Shown here: piece by piece, positions 37,886 through 47,907 of the stretch | Layout: each line of letters opens with the position of its first letter | How positions within the stretch are numbered: the first letter of the stretch is position 1 | DNA from: Myxococcales bacterium | Lineage (GTDB): Bacteria > Myxococcota_A > UBA9042 > JABWCM01 > BTVJ01 | DNA length: 64,000 bases | Direction of reading: 5' to 3' | Assembly: GCA_045863395.1 (NCBI GenBank) | Contig: BTVJ01000003.1 | Coordinates: 96,001-160,000, forward strand | Position numbers and translations under genes: made by a program | The notes under the pieces: model-generated | The model's database searches: none | The model's input: only the letters and a program-made list of their open reading frames with translations | Told to the model about the DNA's origin: nothing

Positions 37886-40168
37886 ATGACTCAGAACGTA
37901 CTGTGGATGGCCGTGGGAGCCGGCGTCCTGGCACTGGTGTTCGCCTGGCTCCGCGCGGCCTGGGTGAACAGGCAGGAGGTCGGGCTCCCCCGCATGGCGG
38001 AGATCGCCGGCCACATCCGTGAAGGCGCCATGGCCTTCCTCTCCCGCGAGTACAAGGTGCTCGCCATCTTCGTGGTGGTGGTCGCGGCGTTGCTGGCCTG
38101 GGCCAACACCGGCTCGGCGGAGAGCCACCCCCTCATCGCGCTCTCGTTCGTCGTCGGCGCCGGCTGCTCGGGCCTCGCCGGCTACTTCGGCATGAAAGTG
38201 GCCACGGCGGCCAACGTGCGCACCACCAACGCGGCCCGGACCTCCATCGTCAAGGCGCTCCAGGTCGCCTTCACCGGCGGCTCCGTGATGGGCATGTCGG
38301 TGGTTGGCCTCGGCATCCTGGGCCTGGGCGGCCTCTTCATCCTGTACCGTGACGTCGTCTGGACTGGCGGCACCTACAACGACTTCTACCTGATGTTGAA
38401 CGTGCTCGCGGGCTTCAGCCTGGGCGCCAGCTCCATCGCCCTGTTCGCCCGCGTGGGCGGCGGCATCTACACCAAGGCAGCGGACGTGGGCGCCGACCTG
38501 GTCGGCAAGGTGGAGGCGGGCATTCCCGAGGACGACCCCCGCAACCCCGCAGTGATCGCCGACAACGTGGGCGACAACGTCGGCGACGTGGCCGGCATGG
38601 GCGCCGACCTCTTCGAGAGCTACGTGGGCTCCATCATCGGCGCCATGATCCTCGGCATCGAGATGACTGCCCTGTCGAACGGCCACGACCCGGACCCGAC
38701 CCGCTCCCTGGTGTACCTGCCGCTCCTGCTCGCGGCGGTCGGCATCGTGGTCAGCATCGTCGGCACCCTCTTCGTGCGCACCACCGAGGGCGGAAACCCC
38801 CAGACGGCGCTCAACATGGGCACCTTCGGCGCCGCCGGCGTGATGCTGGTCGCGTCCTGGTTCATCATCGACATGTTCGTGGCGGCCGACATGGTGTTCC
38901 GCTTCGACAACCTGCACGCCTACGTGGCGCTGAAGGGTGACGCCATCCCGGCTGGCACGCGCGAGCAGGCGGCGGCCCTCGGCATCTTCCTCGCGACGGT
39001 CGCGGGCCTCATCGCCGGCACCGCCATCGGCATCGTCACCGAGTACTACTGCTCCGACAAGAACGCCCCGGTGAAGGGGATCGCCGACCAGAGCAAGACC
39101 GGCGCGGCCACCAACATCATCGCCGGCCTCGGCGTGGGCATGACCAGCACGGCCATCCCCATCCTGCTCATCGTGGGCGCCATCGTGGCGTCCTTCCACT
39201 TCGCGGGCCTCTACGGCATCGCCATCGCGGCGCTCGGCATGCTCTCGACCATCGGCATCCAGCTCGCCGTTGACGCCTACGGCCCCATCAGCGACAACGC
39301 CGGCGGCATCGCAGAGATGGCCCACCTGGAGAAGACGGTCCGCGAGCGCACCGACAAGCTGGACGCGGTGGGCAACACGACGGCCGCCATCGGCAAGGGT
39401 TTCGCCATCGGCTCGGCCGCGCTCACCGCCCTGGCGCTGTTCAGCGCCTATGTGAAGTCGGTCCGTCTCGACAACCTGGATCTGCTCAACACGGACATCA
39501 TGGCCGGACTGTTCATCGGCGGCATGCTGCCGTTCCTCTTCTCGTCGATGGCCATGAAGGCCGTCGGGCGCGCCGCCTTCGCGATGATCGAGGAGGTGCG
39601 CCGCCAGTTCCGCGACATCCCAGGGCTGCTCGCCGGCAAGGAGGGCGTCAAGGCGGACTACGCAAAGTGCGTGGACATCTCCACGGCGAGCGCCATCCGC
39701 GAGATGGTCATGCCGGGCATGCTGGCGGTCTTCACCCCTGTCGCCATCGGCCTGTGGAGCCTGTCGGCGCTGGGTGGCCTGCTCGCGGGCGTGACCGTGT
39801 CGGGCGTGCTGCTCGCCATCTTCATGTCCAACGCGGGTGGCGCGTGGGACAACGCGAAGAAGTACATCGAGGGCGGAGCGCACGGCGGCAAGGGCTCCGA
39901 GGCCCACAAGTCCGCCGTCGTGGGCGACACCGTGGGCGACCCCTTCAAGGACACGGCCGGCCCGTCCCTCAACATCCTGATCAAGCTCATGTCGGTGGTG
40001 TCCGTCGTCAGCGCCCCTGCGCTCTACGCCTTCCATCACGGGGGGGCCGCCGAGGCAGCAAAGGCGCCGACGTCCGCCATCGAGCGCACGGTCGAGGTGC
40101 CCGAGGTGGCCGTGGTGTCGCCTCTCGACAAGGGCACCGACGGAGAGGTGGCGCCCAAGGCGCAGTGA
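37886..40168 (+). CDS. hppA: Membrane-integral pyrophosphatase, K+-dependent, probably Na+-translocating
   Basis: [35 protein letters not shown] (Glu typical of Na+-PPases), GNTTAA (Ala = K+-dependent), [10 protein letters not shown]. Confidence 0.95.
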   Translation: MTQNVLWMAVGAGVLALVFAWLRAAWVNRQEVGLPRMAEIAGHIREGAMAFLSREYKVLAIFVVVVAALLAWANTGSAESHPLIALSFVVGAGCSGLAGYFGMKVATAANVRTTNAARTSIVKALQVAFTGGSVMGMSVVGLGILGLGGLFILYRDVVWTGGTYNDFYLMLNVLAGFSLGASSIALFARVGGGIYTKAADVGADLVGKVEAGIPEDDPRNPAVIADNVGDNVGDVAGMGADLFESYVGSIIGAMILGIEMTALSNGHDPDPTRSLVYLPLLLAAVGIVVSIVGTLFVRTTEGGNPQTALNMGTFGAAGVMLVASWFIIDMFVAADMVFRFDNLHAYVALKGDAIPAGTREQAAALGIFLATVAGLIAGTAIGIVTEYYCSDKNAPVKGIADQSKTGAATNIIAGLGVGMTSTAIPILLIVGAIVASFHFAGLYGIAIAALGMLSTIGIQLAVDAYGPISDNAGGIAEMAHLEKTVRERTDKLDAVGNTTAAIGKGFAIGSAALTALALFSAYVKSVRLDNLDLLNTDIMAGLFIGGMLPFLFSSMAMKAVGRAAFAMIEEVRRQFRDIPGLLAGKEGVKADYAKCVDISTASAIREMVMPGMLAVFTPVAIGLWSLSALGGLLAGVTVSGVLLAIFMSNAGGAWDNAKKYIEGGAHGGKGSEAHKSAVVGDTVGDPFKDTAGPSLNILIKLMSVVSVVSAPALYAFHHGGAAEAAKAPTSAIERTVEVPEVAVVSPLDKGTDGEVAPKAQ

Positions 40169-40205
40169 CCTCTGCCAGACGGCGGGCGCCATGGGGTTCC
40201 CGCCG

Positions 40206-40270
40206 CTCCTCGCTCTGCGTGAGGTGCGCGGGGCGAACCCGGCTGTGAGAGCCGGTGGATCCATGAGGAG
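40206..40270 (+). promoter_or_regulatory. Possible S6:S18 autoregulatory leader
   Basis: CTCCTC(40206-11) can pair with SD GAGGAG(40265-70), enclosing hairpins GCTCTGCG/CGCGGGGC and CCGGC/GCCGG and a CC before the SD. Confidence 0.4.
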
Positions 40271-40278
40271 GACTCGTT

Positions 40279-40764
40279 GTGAAGCAGTTCTACCGAAAGT
40301 ACGAGACGGTCTTCATCGTCCGCCCAGAGCTGGCGGACGAGGACTCGACCAAGGTGTGGGAGCGCGTCGAGGGCGTGCTCACCCGCATGGGCGGGCGGGA
40401 GATCAAGCGGGAGACGTGGGGCAAGCGCAAGCTGGCCTACGAGGTCGCGAAGAACAAGAAGGGCCTCTACCTCTACCTGCGTTACCTGGGCGCCAACGAT
40501 CTGGTGCTCGAGCTGGAGCGCAACCTGCGGCTGATGGACGACGTCCTGAAGTTCCAGACCGTGAAGCTCGACGACGACATCAGCCTGGACACCTTCGATT
40601 TCGAGGCGGACGGAGCCGTCGTGACGCTGATCCCTGACGGGGGCGACGAGCTGGATGACCACGATCATGAGTCGGACTCGGACAGCGATGGTCGCCGTCC
40701 GCGCCTGCCCCGTTCGGTGAACGCGGCGGACGACGACGATGACGACGACGACGACGACGACTAG
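40279..40764 (+). CDS. rpsF: 30S ribosomal protein S6 with acidic tail
   Basis: [29 protein letters not shown]; ends in 11 Asp. Confidence 0.95.
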   Translation: MKQFYRKYETVFIVRPELADEDSTKVWERVEGVLTRMGGREIKRETWGKRKLAYEVAKNKKGLYLYLRYLGANDLVLELERNLRLMDDVLKFQTVKLDDDISLDTFDFEADGAVVTLIPDGGDELDDHDHESDSDSDGRRPRLPRSVNAADDDDDDDDDDD

Positions 40765-40787
40765 CGCAGGCTGAGAGGAGGACACCC

Positions 40788-41030
40788 ATGTTCAAGAAGC
40801 GACGATTCGGACGGCGGAAGGTGTGCCCGTTCTGCGCCGACAAGACGTTGGCCGGGCTTTTGGATTACAAGAACCCTGGGCTCCTGCGCCGGTTCATCAC
40901 GGAGCGTGGCCGCATCATCCCGCGGCGCATCTCTGGGACCTGTGCGAAGCATCAGCGGACTCTCACCGAGGCGATCAAGCGCGCTCGCACGATCGCGCTG
41001 ATGCCCTACACGACCATCACGGCCATGTGA
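40788..41030 (+). CDS. rpsR: 30S ribosomal protein S18 (Zn-binding C+ form)
   Basis: [36 protein letters not shown]. Confidence 0.97.
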   Translation: MFKKRRFGRRKVCPFCADKTLAGLLDYKNPGLLRRFITERGRIIPRRISGTCAKHQRTLTEAIKRARTIALMPYTTITAM

Positions 41031-41046
41031 GAGCGAGGAGGCTTCC

Positions 41047-41499
41047 ATGAAGGTCATTCTCACGGAGTACGTGCCCCACGTCGGCAAGACCGGTGACATC
41101 ATCAATGTCGCCGACGGCTACGGGCGCAACTACCTGATCCCCAACGGGCTGGCACTGAGCGCCAGCACGGACAACGTGCGCCGCCTGGAGCACGACAAGC
41201 GCATCGTCCAGAAGAAGCTGGCGAACGAGAAGGCTGCCGCCGGGGGCCTCGCGGCCTCCCTGAAGGCCTTCGCGTGCACCATCGAGAAGTCGGTGGGCGA
41301 CAACAACCGGCTCTACGGCTCGGTCACCAACATGGACATCGAGGACAAGCTGCACGCGGCGGGCTTCGGCCACATCAGCCGCAGGCAGATTGAGCTCGAC
41401 AAGCCCATCAAGGAGCTGGGCGACTACGAGGTCTCGATCCGGATCCACCCCGAGGTCACCGCGACCATCAAGGTGTCCGTGGTCGCCAAGGCCGCCTGA
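41047..41499 (+). CDS. rplI: 50S ribosomal protein L9
   Basis: MKVIL, GYGRNYLIP, LYGSVT, PIKELG. Confidence 0.97.
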   Translation: MKVILTEYVPHVGKTGDIINVADGYGRNYLIPNGLALSASTDNVRRLEHDKRIVQKKLANEKAAAGGLAASLKAFACTIEKSVGDNNRLYGSVTNMDIEDKLHAAGFGHISRRQIELDKPIKELGDYEVSIRIHPEVTATIKVSVVAKAA

Positions 41500-41502
41500 G
41501 CC

Positions 41503-42432
41503 ATGTCGATGCACGCCGATGAGGGGGTGTGGTTCCGGGTAGCCGTCGTGCTGCCCGCGGACCTGGAGGAGCCCCTCATCGGCGCGCTCGGCGACGTGGC
41601 AGATCGGGGGCTGGAGGTGGTGGACATCCGCGCCGCCGCCCTCGACTCCACCCTCGACTCACTCCCCGACGATCACGCGCGCATGAGCCTCTTCGCTCGG
41701 GAGCAGGAGCTGGAGTCCGTGCGCGCCTCCATGGCGTCGGCCGTGGCCTTCCTCGCGACCCTTGGGCTTGGGCTCACGGCGGCGCCCCCAGTGGCCGCCA
41801 TCCCCGTGGAGCCCGGGTGGCGCGACGGCTGGCGCGCGTGGTTCAAGGCCAGCCGGGTCACCGAGCGGGTCGTGATCAGGCCGTCGTGGGAGCCGTGGAT
41901 CCCCGCCCCGGAGGATCGGGTCCTCGACCTGGACCCGGGCACGGCCTTCGGGACCGGCGGGCACGCCACGACGCGGCTGTGCCTCGCCGAGGCGGACCGG
42001 CTCATCGGGCGGGGCGACCCCGTGGAGCGCGTGCTGGACGTGGGCACCGGTAGCGGCATCCTGGCCATCGCCTGCGCGCGCCTCGGCGCCCACGAGGTCA
42101 TCGCCATCGACAACGATCCCGAGGCGGTGCTCGTCGCCCGTGAGAACGCTGCGCGCAACGCCGTGGACGACCTGGTGAGGGTGTCCGAGGCCCCGCTCGG
42201 CTCCATCGGCGGCACCTTCCAGCTCATCCTGGCCAACATCCTCGCTCCTACGCTCCTCCAGCTCCGCGAGGCGCTGGTCGCGCGCCTGGCCCCTGGGGGC
42301 CGCATCGTCCTCAGCGGCGTGCTCGACGAGGAGGGGCCCGCCGTCCGCGCGGGCTTCGAGGGCGCCGGCTTGGTCTTTGATCGTGGGGGCGCCGAGGGCG
42401 AGTGGGTGGCGCTGACCCTCCAGCGGCCTTGA
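41503..42432 (+). CDS. prmA: Ribosomal protein L11 methyltransferase
   Basis: LDPGTAFGTGGHATT, VLDVGTGSGILAI, ILANIL, LSGVL. Confidence 0.93.
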   Translation: MSMHADEGVWFRVAVVLPADLEEPLIGALGDVADRGLEVVDIRAAALDSTLDSLPDDHARMSLFAREQELESVRASMASAVAFLATLGLGLTAAPPVAAIPVEPGWRDGWRAWFKASRVTERVVIRPSWEPWIPAPEDRVLDLDPGTAFGTGGHATTRLCLAEADRLIGRGDPVERVLDVGTGSGILAIACARLGAHEVIAIDNDPEAVLVARENAARNAVDDLVRVSEAPLGSIGGTFQLILANILAPTLLQLREALVARLAPGGRIVLSGVLDEEGPAVRAGFEGAGLVFDRGGAEGEWVALTLQRP

Positions 42433-43202
42433 CCCTTCGCCGGGTCTACGTCTCCGCCCCGCTCGCAGCCCAGGCCGAGCACCTGGAGCTGACCGGCGAG
42501 GAGCACTCGTACGTCACCACCGTCCTGCGCCTGGGGTCGGGCGACCGGGTCCAGCTCTTCGACCGGTGGGGGCTGCGGTGCGACGTGGTCATCGAGGCGG
42601 TGGAGCGGCGCCGGAGTTCTCTACGGGTCGAGCGCTGGGAGGCGTCGCCCGTGCGCCCGGACTCCCCCGTGGACGTGGTGCTCATGCAGGCCCTCCTCAA
42701 GGGCAAGGGCTTCGAGCTCGTGCTCCAGAAGGCGACCGAGCTAGGGGTGGCGCGCGTCGTGCCCCTGGTGACCGAGCGTACCGTGGTGGAGCCCGCTCCG
42801 GGAAAGGTGGACTCTCGCGTCGGGCGCTGGCAGCGCATCTGCGGGGAGGCGGCCCGGCAGTGCGGCCGCACCACGGTCCCCGTCGTGGACGCCCCGCGGT
42901 CGCTGGCCGACGCGCTCGCCATGGCGCCAGCGGGGCTCCGTCTGGGCCTCTGGGAGGGAGAGCGCTCGGCCGGGCTGAGGGAGGTGCTGGAGGCTGCGAG
43001 GGCAGGGGTCGCCACCACCGTGACCCTGGTGATCGGCCCCGAGGGTGGGCTCGGGTGGGCAGAGGTGGAGGCAATGGTCTCTGCGGGCTTTCGGACCGTG
43101 AGCCTCGGCGCCCGGATCCTTCGCGCCGAGACCGCCCCCCTGGCAGCCCTCGTCGCAGTGCAGCTCCTCCTCGGCGATCTGGGCGCAGCGCCCGGCGCTT
43201 GA
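42429..43202 (+). CDS. rsmE: 16S rRNA m3U1498 methyltransferase
   Basis: VLRL, LQKATELGV, EAARQCGR, IGPEGG, LGARILRAETA; TTG start overlapping prmA stop. Confidence 0.95.
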   Translation: MTLRRVYVSAPLAAQAEHLELTGEEHSYVTTVLRLGSGDRVQLFDRWGLRCDVVIEAVERRRSSLRVERWEASPVRPDSPVDVVLMQALLKGKGFELVLQKATELGVARVVPLVTERTVVEPAPGKVDSRVGRWQRICGEAARQCGRTTVPVVDAPRSLADALAMAPAGLRLGLWEGERSAGLREVLEAARAGVATTVTLVIGPEGGLGWAEVEAMVSAGFRTVSLGARILRAETAPLAALVAVQLLLGDLGAAPGA

Positions 43203-43236
43203 CGGCGCCCCCCACGAGGGGCAGCATCTCGCGGCG

Positions 43237-43785
43237 ATGTTCGATGACTCCCTCCAGGTCCAGCCCCCCGCCCCGCCGCGGGTCAACGCCGCCGGGCTGT
43301 GGCACCGCGCCGCCGCCTTCGCCCTGGACACGGCCCTGGTCGGCCTCATCGCCCTTGCGCTCTGCTCTTCCCTCGGCCTCATCGACTGGCAGTCCTGGCC
43401 CGACGTGCGCTGGAACCCGTTCGACCAGATCGTGGACATCGTCAACTCGCAGCTCGGCAGCTTGCGGGCCCTGGCAGGCGCCACCGCGCTGGTCGCGGTG
43501 GTCTATGGCACCGCCTCCGAGGCCGTCATGGGTGGGACGCCCGGCAAGCGCCTGCTTGGTCTTCGCGTCATCGACGCCTACGGGCGGCGCCCGTGGCTCG
43601 TCGTGCTGGTGCTGCGAAACGTGGTGAAGCTGGTGACGACCGTGATCCTGGGGCTCGGGCCTCTGTGGTGCTTCGTCCATTCGGAGCGGCGCGCCGTCCA
43701 CGATCTGGCGTCCGGGACCCGCGTGGTCACGGAGCGCTCCCTGCGCGCTGCCGTCACCGCGAGTCGCCCGGGTCTCCTCGTGTAG
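43237..43785 (+). CDS. RDD family membrane protein
   Basis: AGLWHRAAAFALD, GTPGKRLLGLRVI, HDLASGTRVV. Confidence 0.85.
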   Translation: MFDDSLQVQPPAPPRVNAAGLWHRAAAFALDTALVGLIALALCSSLGLIDWQSWPDVRWNPFDQIVDIVNSQLGSLRALAGATALVAVVYGTASEAVMGGTPGKRLLGLRVIDAYGRRPWLVVLVLRNVVKLVTTVILGLGPLWCFVHSERRAVHDLASGTRVVTERSLRAAVTASRPGLLV

Positions 43786-43914
43786 CTCGGGCGCGTCCCC
43801 GATCGCGTCTTCGCGTCGCTCGACCCGTTCCAACGAGAGTCCACTGACGAGCACGGAAAGGTGCTCTCGACGCAAGCCCCTGGTGAGAGTGGGGCGTGAT
43901 TGCGAAGATCGTGG

Positions 43915-43944
43915 TTGACGGCGTGTGCGGCCTCGCTCTACTGT
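43915..43944 (+). promoter_or_regulatory. Putative sigma70 promoter
   Basis: TTGACG-18 bp-TACTGT; supports start at 44024 rather than 43925. Confidence 0.5.
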
Positions 43945-44023
43945 CGCGGGCATAGGATTGGGCGAGTTGTTGCTTGGTGGTCACCCACCGCGGATGGACT
44001 CCGACACTGGAAGGGTGAGAGAC

Positions 44024-46015
44024 ATGGAGAGCGCTCGGCACTGGCTCCAGAATTCGAAGGCGGCAGTTCGCGTAGCCAAGCTGGCGGGGTTTGGTATCGC
44101 AATCGCGGGAGTCATGGGCGCCGGGGCTGCACTCGCAGCGCCCGGTGAGACCGTCCACGCCTGGACGGGCACCGAGACCATCTGCAGCAAGAAGGACTCG
44201 AAGGCCTTCGAGCGGCGCAAACCAAAGTGCGTGAGCGCCATCCAGCACGCTCTCACAGCCGGGAGCCTGTGCGCAGGCAGCACCTACACCCTCACCTTCA
44301 CGACCATGGTCGTGGGACCCGGCGGCGGTCCGTCCTGTGGTGGTGACAGCCCTGGCAAGAACCCACACGACTGCGATCAGACGCTGGAAGCGTGGCTGCG
44401 GTGTGGCGCTGTCACCACGTACCTCGGCGCGGCCGACGACTGGAACAAGTGCGGGAAGGGAGCGATGTCGGGCAGCGCTGGCCCCTTTGCCTTCACGGCG
44501 GGGGCGGGGTGCCACATCATCTTCGCCCACGGTGCCGAAGATGGCTGCGCCACGCCTGCTCCCATCAAGCTGCGCAGCGTGACGATCACCCAGGAAGGCG
44601 CTCCCGCCGACCTGTGCAACGGCATCGATGACGACTGCGACGGCGCGGTCGACGAGGATCACGAACCCACCCAGACCACCTGCGGCACTGGCGCTTGTGA
44701 GGTGACCGGGTCCACCGAGTGCATCGACGGCGAGGTGGTCGACACGTGCAGCGCGCCGGCTCCGCCCCCGCCGCCGACCTGCGAGGCCCCACTGCCATGC
44801 AATCGGGTGCTGTTCAGCCTCAGCCATGGTGAGGCGACCTACAGCAACCCGTTCGAGTATGGCACGGAGCACTCCTGGGGCCCCGCCGCGGATCTGTTGT
44901 CGGCCAGCGGCTACGATTGGGCCGCACACACCGCCGGTCCGCTCGATGGGGGAGCTCTGGAGGGCTCCGACGTACTGATCATCGCCGAGCCCCTGCAGGG
45001 CTTCTCCTCGGCCGAGGTCCAGGCGATCCAGGACTTCGTCGCGGCAGGCGGCGGCCTCCTGCTCATCACGGACTTCAACGCGACCATCATCAACCAGGTC
45101 TCGACCGGGTTTGGCGTGAGCTTCCTGGGCAGCAACATCGGCTGGGTCCGGATCTCCGCCTGGTTGACCGGGCTCCACCCCGTGACCGCGGGGATCGGGA
45201 ACGTCTTCTGGGCGCTGGGATCCACCCTGTCCGTGCTCGACGAGGAGGTGGTGGTGCTCGGGTGGCACCAGGACCAGCCCGTCTATGCCGTGCGCGAGGT
45301 CGGGGACGGCCGGGTGGTCTTCTCCGCCGACAACGAGGTCTTCGCCCGTTATGGCCTGGAAGGCATTGGCGACCCGACCCCGGGCCAGCCCCGCGACAAT
45401 GAGGCCCTGTGGCTCAACACGGTCGCTTGGCTCGCCAACTGCCAGGAGCCCGAGCCCTGCGAGCCGGTGAGCCCCGAGGCGGTGTGCAACGGCGTGGACG
45501 ACGACTGCGACGGTGTCATCGACGAGGACTGCACCTGTCTCCAGGGGCAGGTGATCCTCAGTGATGAGGAGACCCTGGCAAACGGTGCTCCGGCGGTTGC
45601 GACCTGGGATCAGCACTCCTACTGGACCGCGAGCATCCCCGGCGCCACGTGGATCTGGACCGAGTACTTCGTGAGCCAGCCGCAGGTGTCGACGACGGTG
45701 ATCTTCACGCGGTCCATCGAGATCCCCGCTGGCGCCTCCGGCATCGAGGCGTCCATCATCGTGTCTGCCGACAACTCCTACGAGCTGTCGGTCAACGGCG
45801 AAGCAGCGGGTCAGAGCGCCATCGAGACAAACTACTTCGGCACGAAGACCCATGACCTCACGGGCTTCCTCGTGCCGGGGGAGAACACACTGATGGTGAC
45901 GGTGCATAACTGGGCCCAGCCCGGCGGCAACGCGACCAGCAACCCCGCGGGACTGCTCTACAAGACCGAGATAGTATACGACGCGCCCTCCGACCAGGGC
46001 GTCTGTCTCGACTGA
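44024..46015 (+). CDS. Secreted modular protein: Cys-rich N-domain, 2x CNGxDDDCDG motifs, GIFT/DUF4350-like domain, C-terminal lectin-like beta-sandwich
   Basis: Signal peptide ending AALA; DLCNGIDDDCDGAVDE and EAVCNGVDDDCDGVIDE; DVLIIAEP..FSSAEVQAIQDFVAAGGGLLL; ATWIW...SADNSYELSVNG. Confidence 0.7.
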   Translation: MESARHWLQNSKAAVRVAKLAGFGIAIAGVMGAGAALAAPGETVHAWTGTETICSKKDSKAFERRKPKCVSAIQHALTAGSLCAGSTYTLTFTTMVVGPGGGPSCGGDSPGKNPHDCDQTLEAWLRCGAVTTYLGAADDWNKCGKGAMSGSAGPFAFTAGAGCHIIFAHGAEDGCATPAPIKLRSVTITQEGAPADLCNGIDDDCDGAVDEDHEPTQTTCGTGACEVTGSTECIDGEVVDTCSAPAPPPPPTCEAPLPCNRVLFSLSHGEATYSNPFEYGTEHSWGPAADLLSASGYDWAAHTAGPLDGGALEGSDVLIIAEPLQGFSSAEVQAIQDFVAAGGGLLLITDFNATIINQVSTGFGVSFLGSNIGWVRISAWLTGLHPVTAGIGNVFWALGSTLSVLDEEVVVLGWHQDQPVYAVREVGDGRVVFSADNEVFARYGLEGIGDPTPGQPRDNEALWLNTVAWLANCQEPEPCEPVSPEAVCNGVDDDCDGVIDEDCTCLQGQVILSDEETLANGAPAVATWDQHSYWTASIPGATWIWTEYFVSQPQVSTTVIFTRSIEIPAGASGIEASIIVSADNSYELSVNGEAAGQSAIETNYFGTKTHDLTGFLVPGENTLMVTVHNWAQPGGNATSNPAGLLYKTEIVYDAPSDQGVCLD

Positions 46016-46365
46016 CCCCGTGAGGCGCCGTCGGGCCGCCCTCCAGCCCCGGCGCGGGCGTCTGCCTTCACCGTCCTGTCCGGAATACGTCCTGCTGCTC
46101 GAGCGAAGAGCCGTACCACGAGGTGTACGTGCCAGCGTTTGAGAACGACGAGACGGAGGTGACGGTGGTGGGCTTGAAATACTCGCCGTACTTCTGCGCC
46201 TGGCCGGAACATCTGCTGGGAAGGAACTTGCTGCACGAGGCGCTGGCCCCGGTGGGGCCGGGCCGAGCTGCCCGCAGCCCGGGCCGAGTCGCCGTCGGCC
46301 TGTGACGTGGCCCCGCGCCTCCCTGCGGACGCGCCTCCTGCGCTCCCGCAGCGAGCCGCACGCCC

Positions 46366-47289
46366 CTACTGCAGCTCGTGCGCGTCCCGGATCGCGTCCT
46401 TGAGCCCCTCCACCCGCTCCAGGTAGAGGCCGTTCACGAACAGGGTCGGGGTGCCCTCGACGCCTGCCCTCTCGCCCTCGGCCCTGTCCGCGGCGATGCG
46501 GGCCTCTGCGGCCTGCGTGTCGCTCTCGAGGCGTTTGAGGTCCAGGCCCGCCTCCTTGGCGAGCTTGCGCATCAGCTCGTCGTCCAGCTCCTTCTGGTGG
46601 GAGAAGAGCCGGTCGTGGTAGTCCCAGAAGCGCCCCTGTTTGTGGGCGGCCCACGCCAGGCGGGCGGCGGCCTTCGCGTTCTTGTGCAGGGGCAGCGGGA
46701 AGAACTTGTAGACCAGCGCCAGGTCTTTGCGCGACGCGACCAGCTCCTTGAGGGGCGTGCCCACTTCGCGGCAGTAGGGGCACTCGAAGTCGCTGAAGAT
46801 CACGATCTCGACCTTGGCGTCGGCTGGCCCCAGGCGTGGGCTCGACGCCGTGTCGAAGTGAAAGCGGGCGTTGATGTTCGCGACGCGGCGCAGCAGGCCT
46901 CGCACCGCGTCACGACGCGACATGCCCGAGGCCAGGTCGTTGGCCAGGTGCGTTGCCAGGCGTGGCGCGATGGGGCAGCCGGTCGGGTCTGCCAGCGTGT
47001 CCTTGAAGCTCTGGGGTTTGCCGCAGGGGCAGAACTGCTCCTCGACGATCTGACCGAAGAGCGCGCGCCCCGCGGCGTCGAGCTTGCCGAGGTCCACCCC
47101 CACGGGGTCCGGGCTCGTTTGACAAAGGGCAGGGGGGGCGCTAATAACCGTTGCCGCGGCCATCGCCATCGCCACGGCACACGCGAGGGTGCGCGGGCGG
47201 ACGCCCCGCGCGGCGAGGGAGGGCCCGAGGCCGGCAGCGCGCCTCACGCGAACTCTCGGAACCGCTTGACTGGGCTGCTCTTGACTCAT
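46366..47289 (-). CDS. DsbA-family thioredoxin-domain protein
   Basis: FSDFECPYC, YKFFPL, GTPTLFVNG; extra FCPCG...GC N-domain. Confidence 0.88.
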   Translation of the reverse strand: MSQEQPSQAVPRVRVRRAAGLGPSLAARGVRPRTLACAVAMAMAAATVISAPPALCQTSPDPVGVDLGKLDAAGRALFGQIVEEQFCPCGKPQSFKDTLADPTGCPIAPRLATHLANDLASGMSRRDAVRGLLRRVANINARFHFDTASSPRLGPADAKVEIVIFSDFECPYCREVGTPLKELVASRKDLALVYKFFPLPLHKNAKAAARLAWAAHKQGRFWDYHDRLFSHQKELDDELMRKLAKEAGLDLKRLESDTQAAEARIAADRAEGERAGVEGTPTLFVNGLYLERVEGLKDAIRDAHELQ

Positions 47290-47334
47290 TGTCTCCCCGA
47301 CGACGTGACGAACCACCGTACAAACGCACCCCCC

Positions 47335-47907
47335 GTGTGTCAAGGCGCTCCGGGCCCCACGTCGCCCGTCGAGGAGGGGCGGGTCGTCGCCATCGCCCTG
47401 GGAGCGAACCTGGGTGACGCGGCGGGGACCCTCCGTGACGCGATCACGGAGCTGTCCGCCGGGCCCGCGCTCCAGGGTGCGGTGGTGTCGGGCCTCTACG
47501 GCACGGCCCCGGTCGGTCCCCCGCAGCCCGACTTCCTCAACGCGGTGCTCGTGGCTCGCACCTCGTGGGAGCCCCACCGGCTGCTCCGCTGGCTGCAGCA
47601 GATCGAGGGGGCGCACGGCCGCCAGCGAGACGTCCGGTGGGGGCCGAGGACCCTGGACCTGGACCTGCTCTTCGTGGGCGACTCCGTGCTCTGCGACGAG
47701 GCGCTGACGCTGCCGCACCCCGGCGTCGCGAGCCGCGGGTTCGTGCTGGTGCCTCTGTGCGATGTCCTGCCGGACGCCGTGCACCCGACCCTCGGGGTCT
47801 CCTTCAGGACGCTGCTCGCCCGCTGGCGCCTGCGCACGGCGTCCCCTGACCGCCAGGTGTGGACCGTGCGCCCTCCGAGCCTCCCGATTGCAGAGGTAGC
47901 CGCATGA
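47335..47907 (+). CDS. folK: 2-amino-4-hydroxy-6-hydroxymethyldihydropteridine diphosphokinase
   Basis: IALGANLGD, QPDFLNAV, RWGPRTLDLDLL, LTLPHP, FVLVPL; start uncertain. Confidence 0.92.
   Translation: MCQGAPGPTSPVEEGRVVAIALGANLGDAAGTLRDAITELSAGPALQGAVVSGLYGTAPVGPPQPDFLNAVLVARTSWEPHRLLRWLQQIEGAHGRQRDVRWGPRTLDLDLLFVGDSVLCDEALTLPHPGVASRGFVLVPLCDVLPDAVHPTLGVSFRTLLARWRLRTASPDRQVWTVRPPSLPIAEVAA

Noticed and set aside
43843..43910. CTGACGA followed by a hairpin, resembling a hammerhead ribozyme core
   Set aside because: The required GAAA after stem II and the stem III/cleavage triplet are absent
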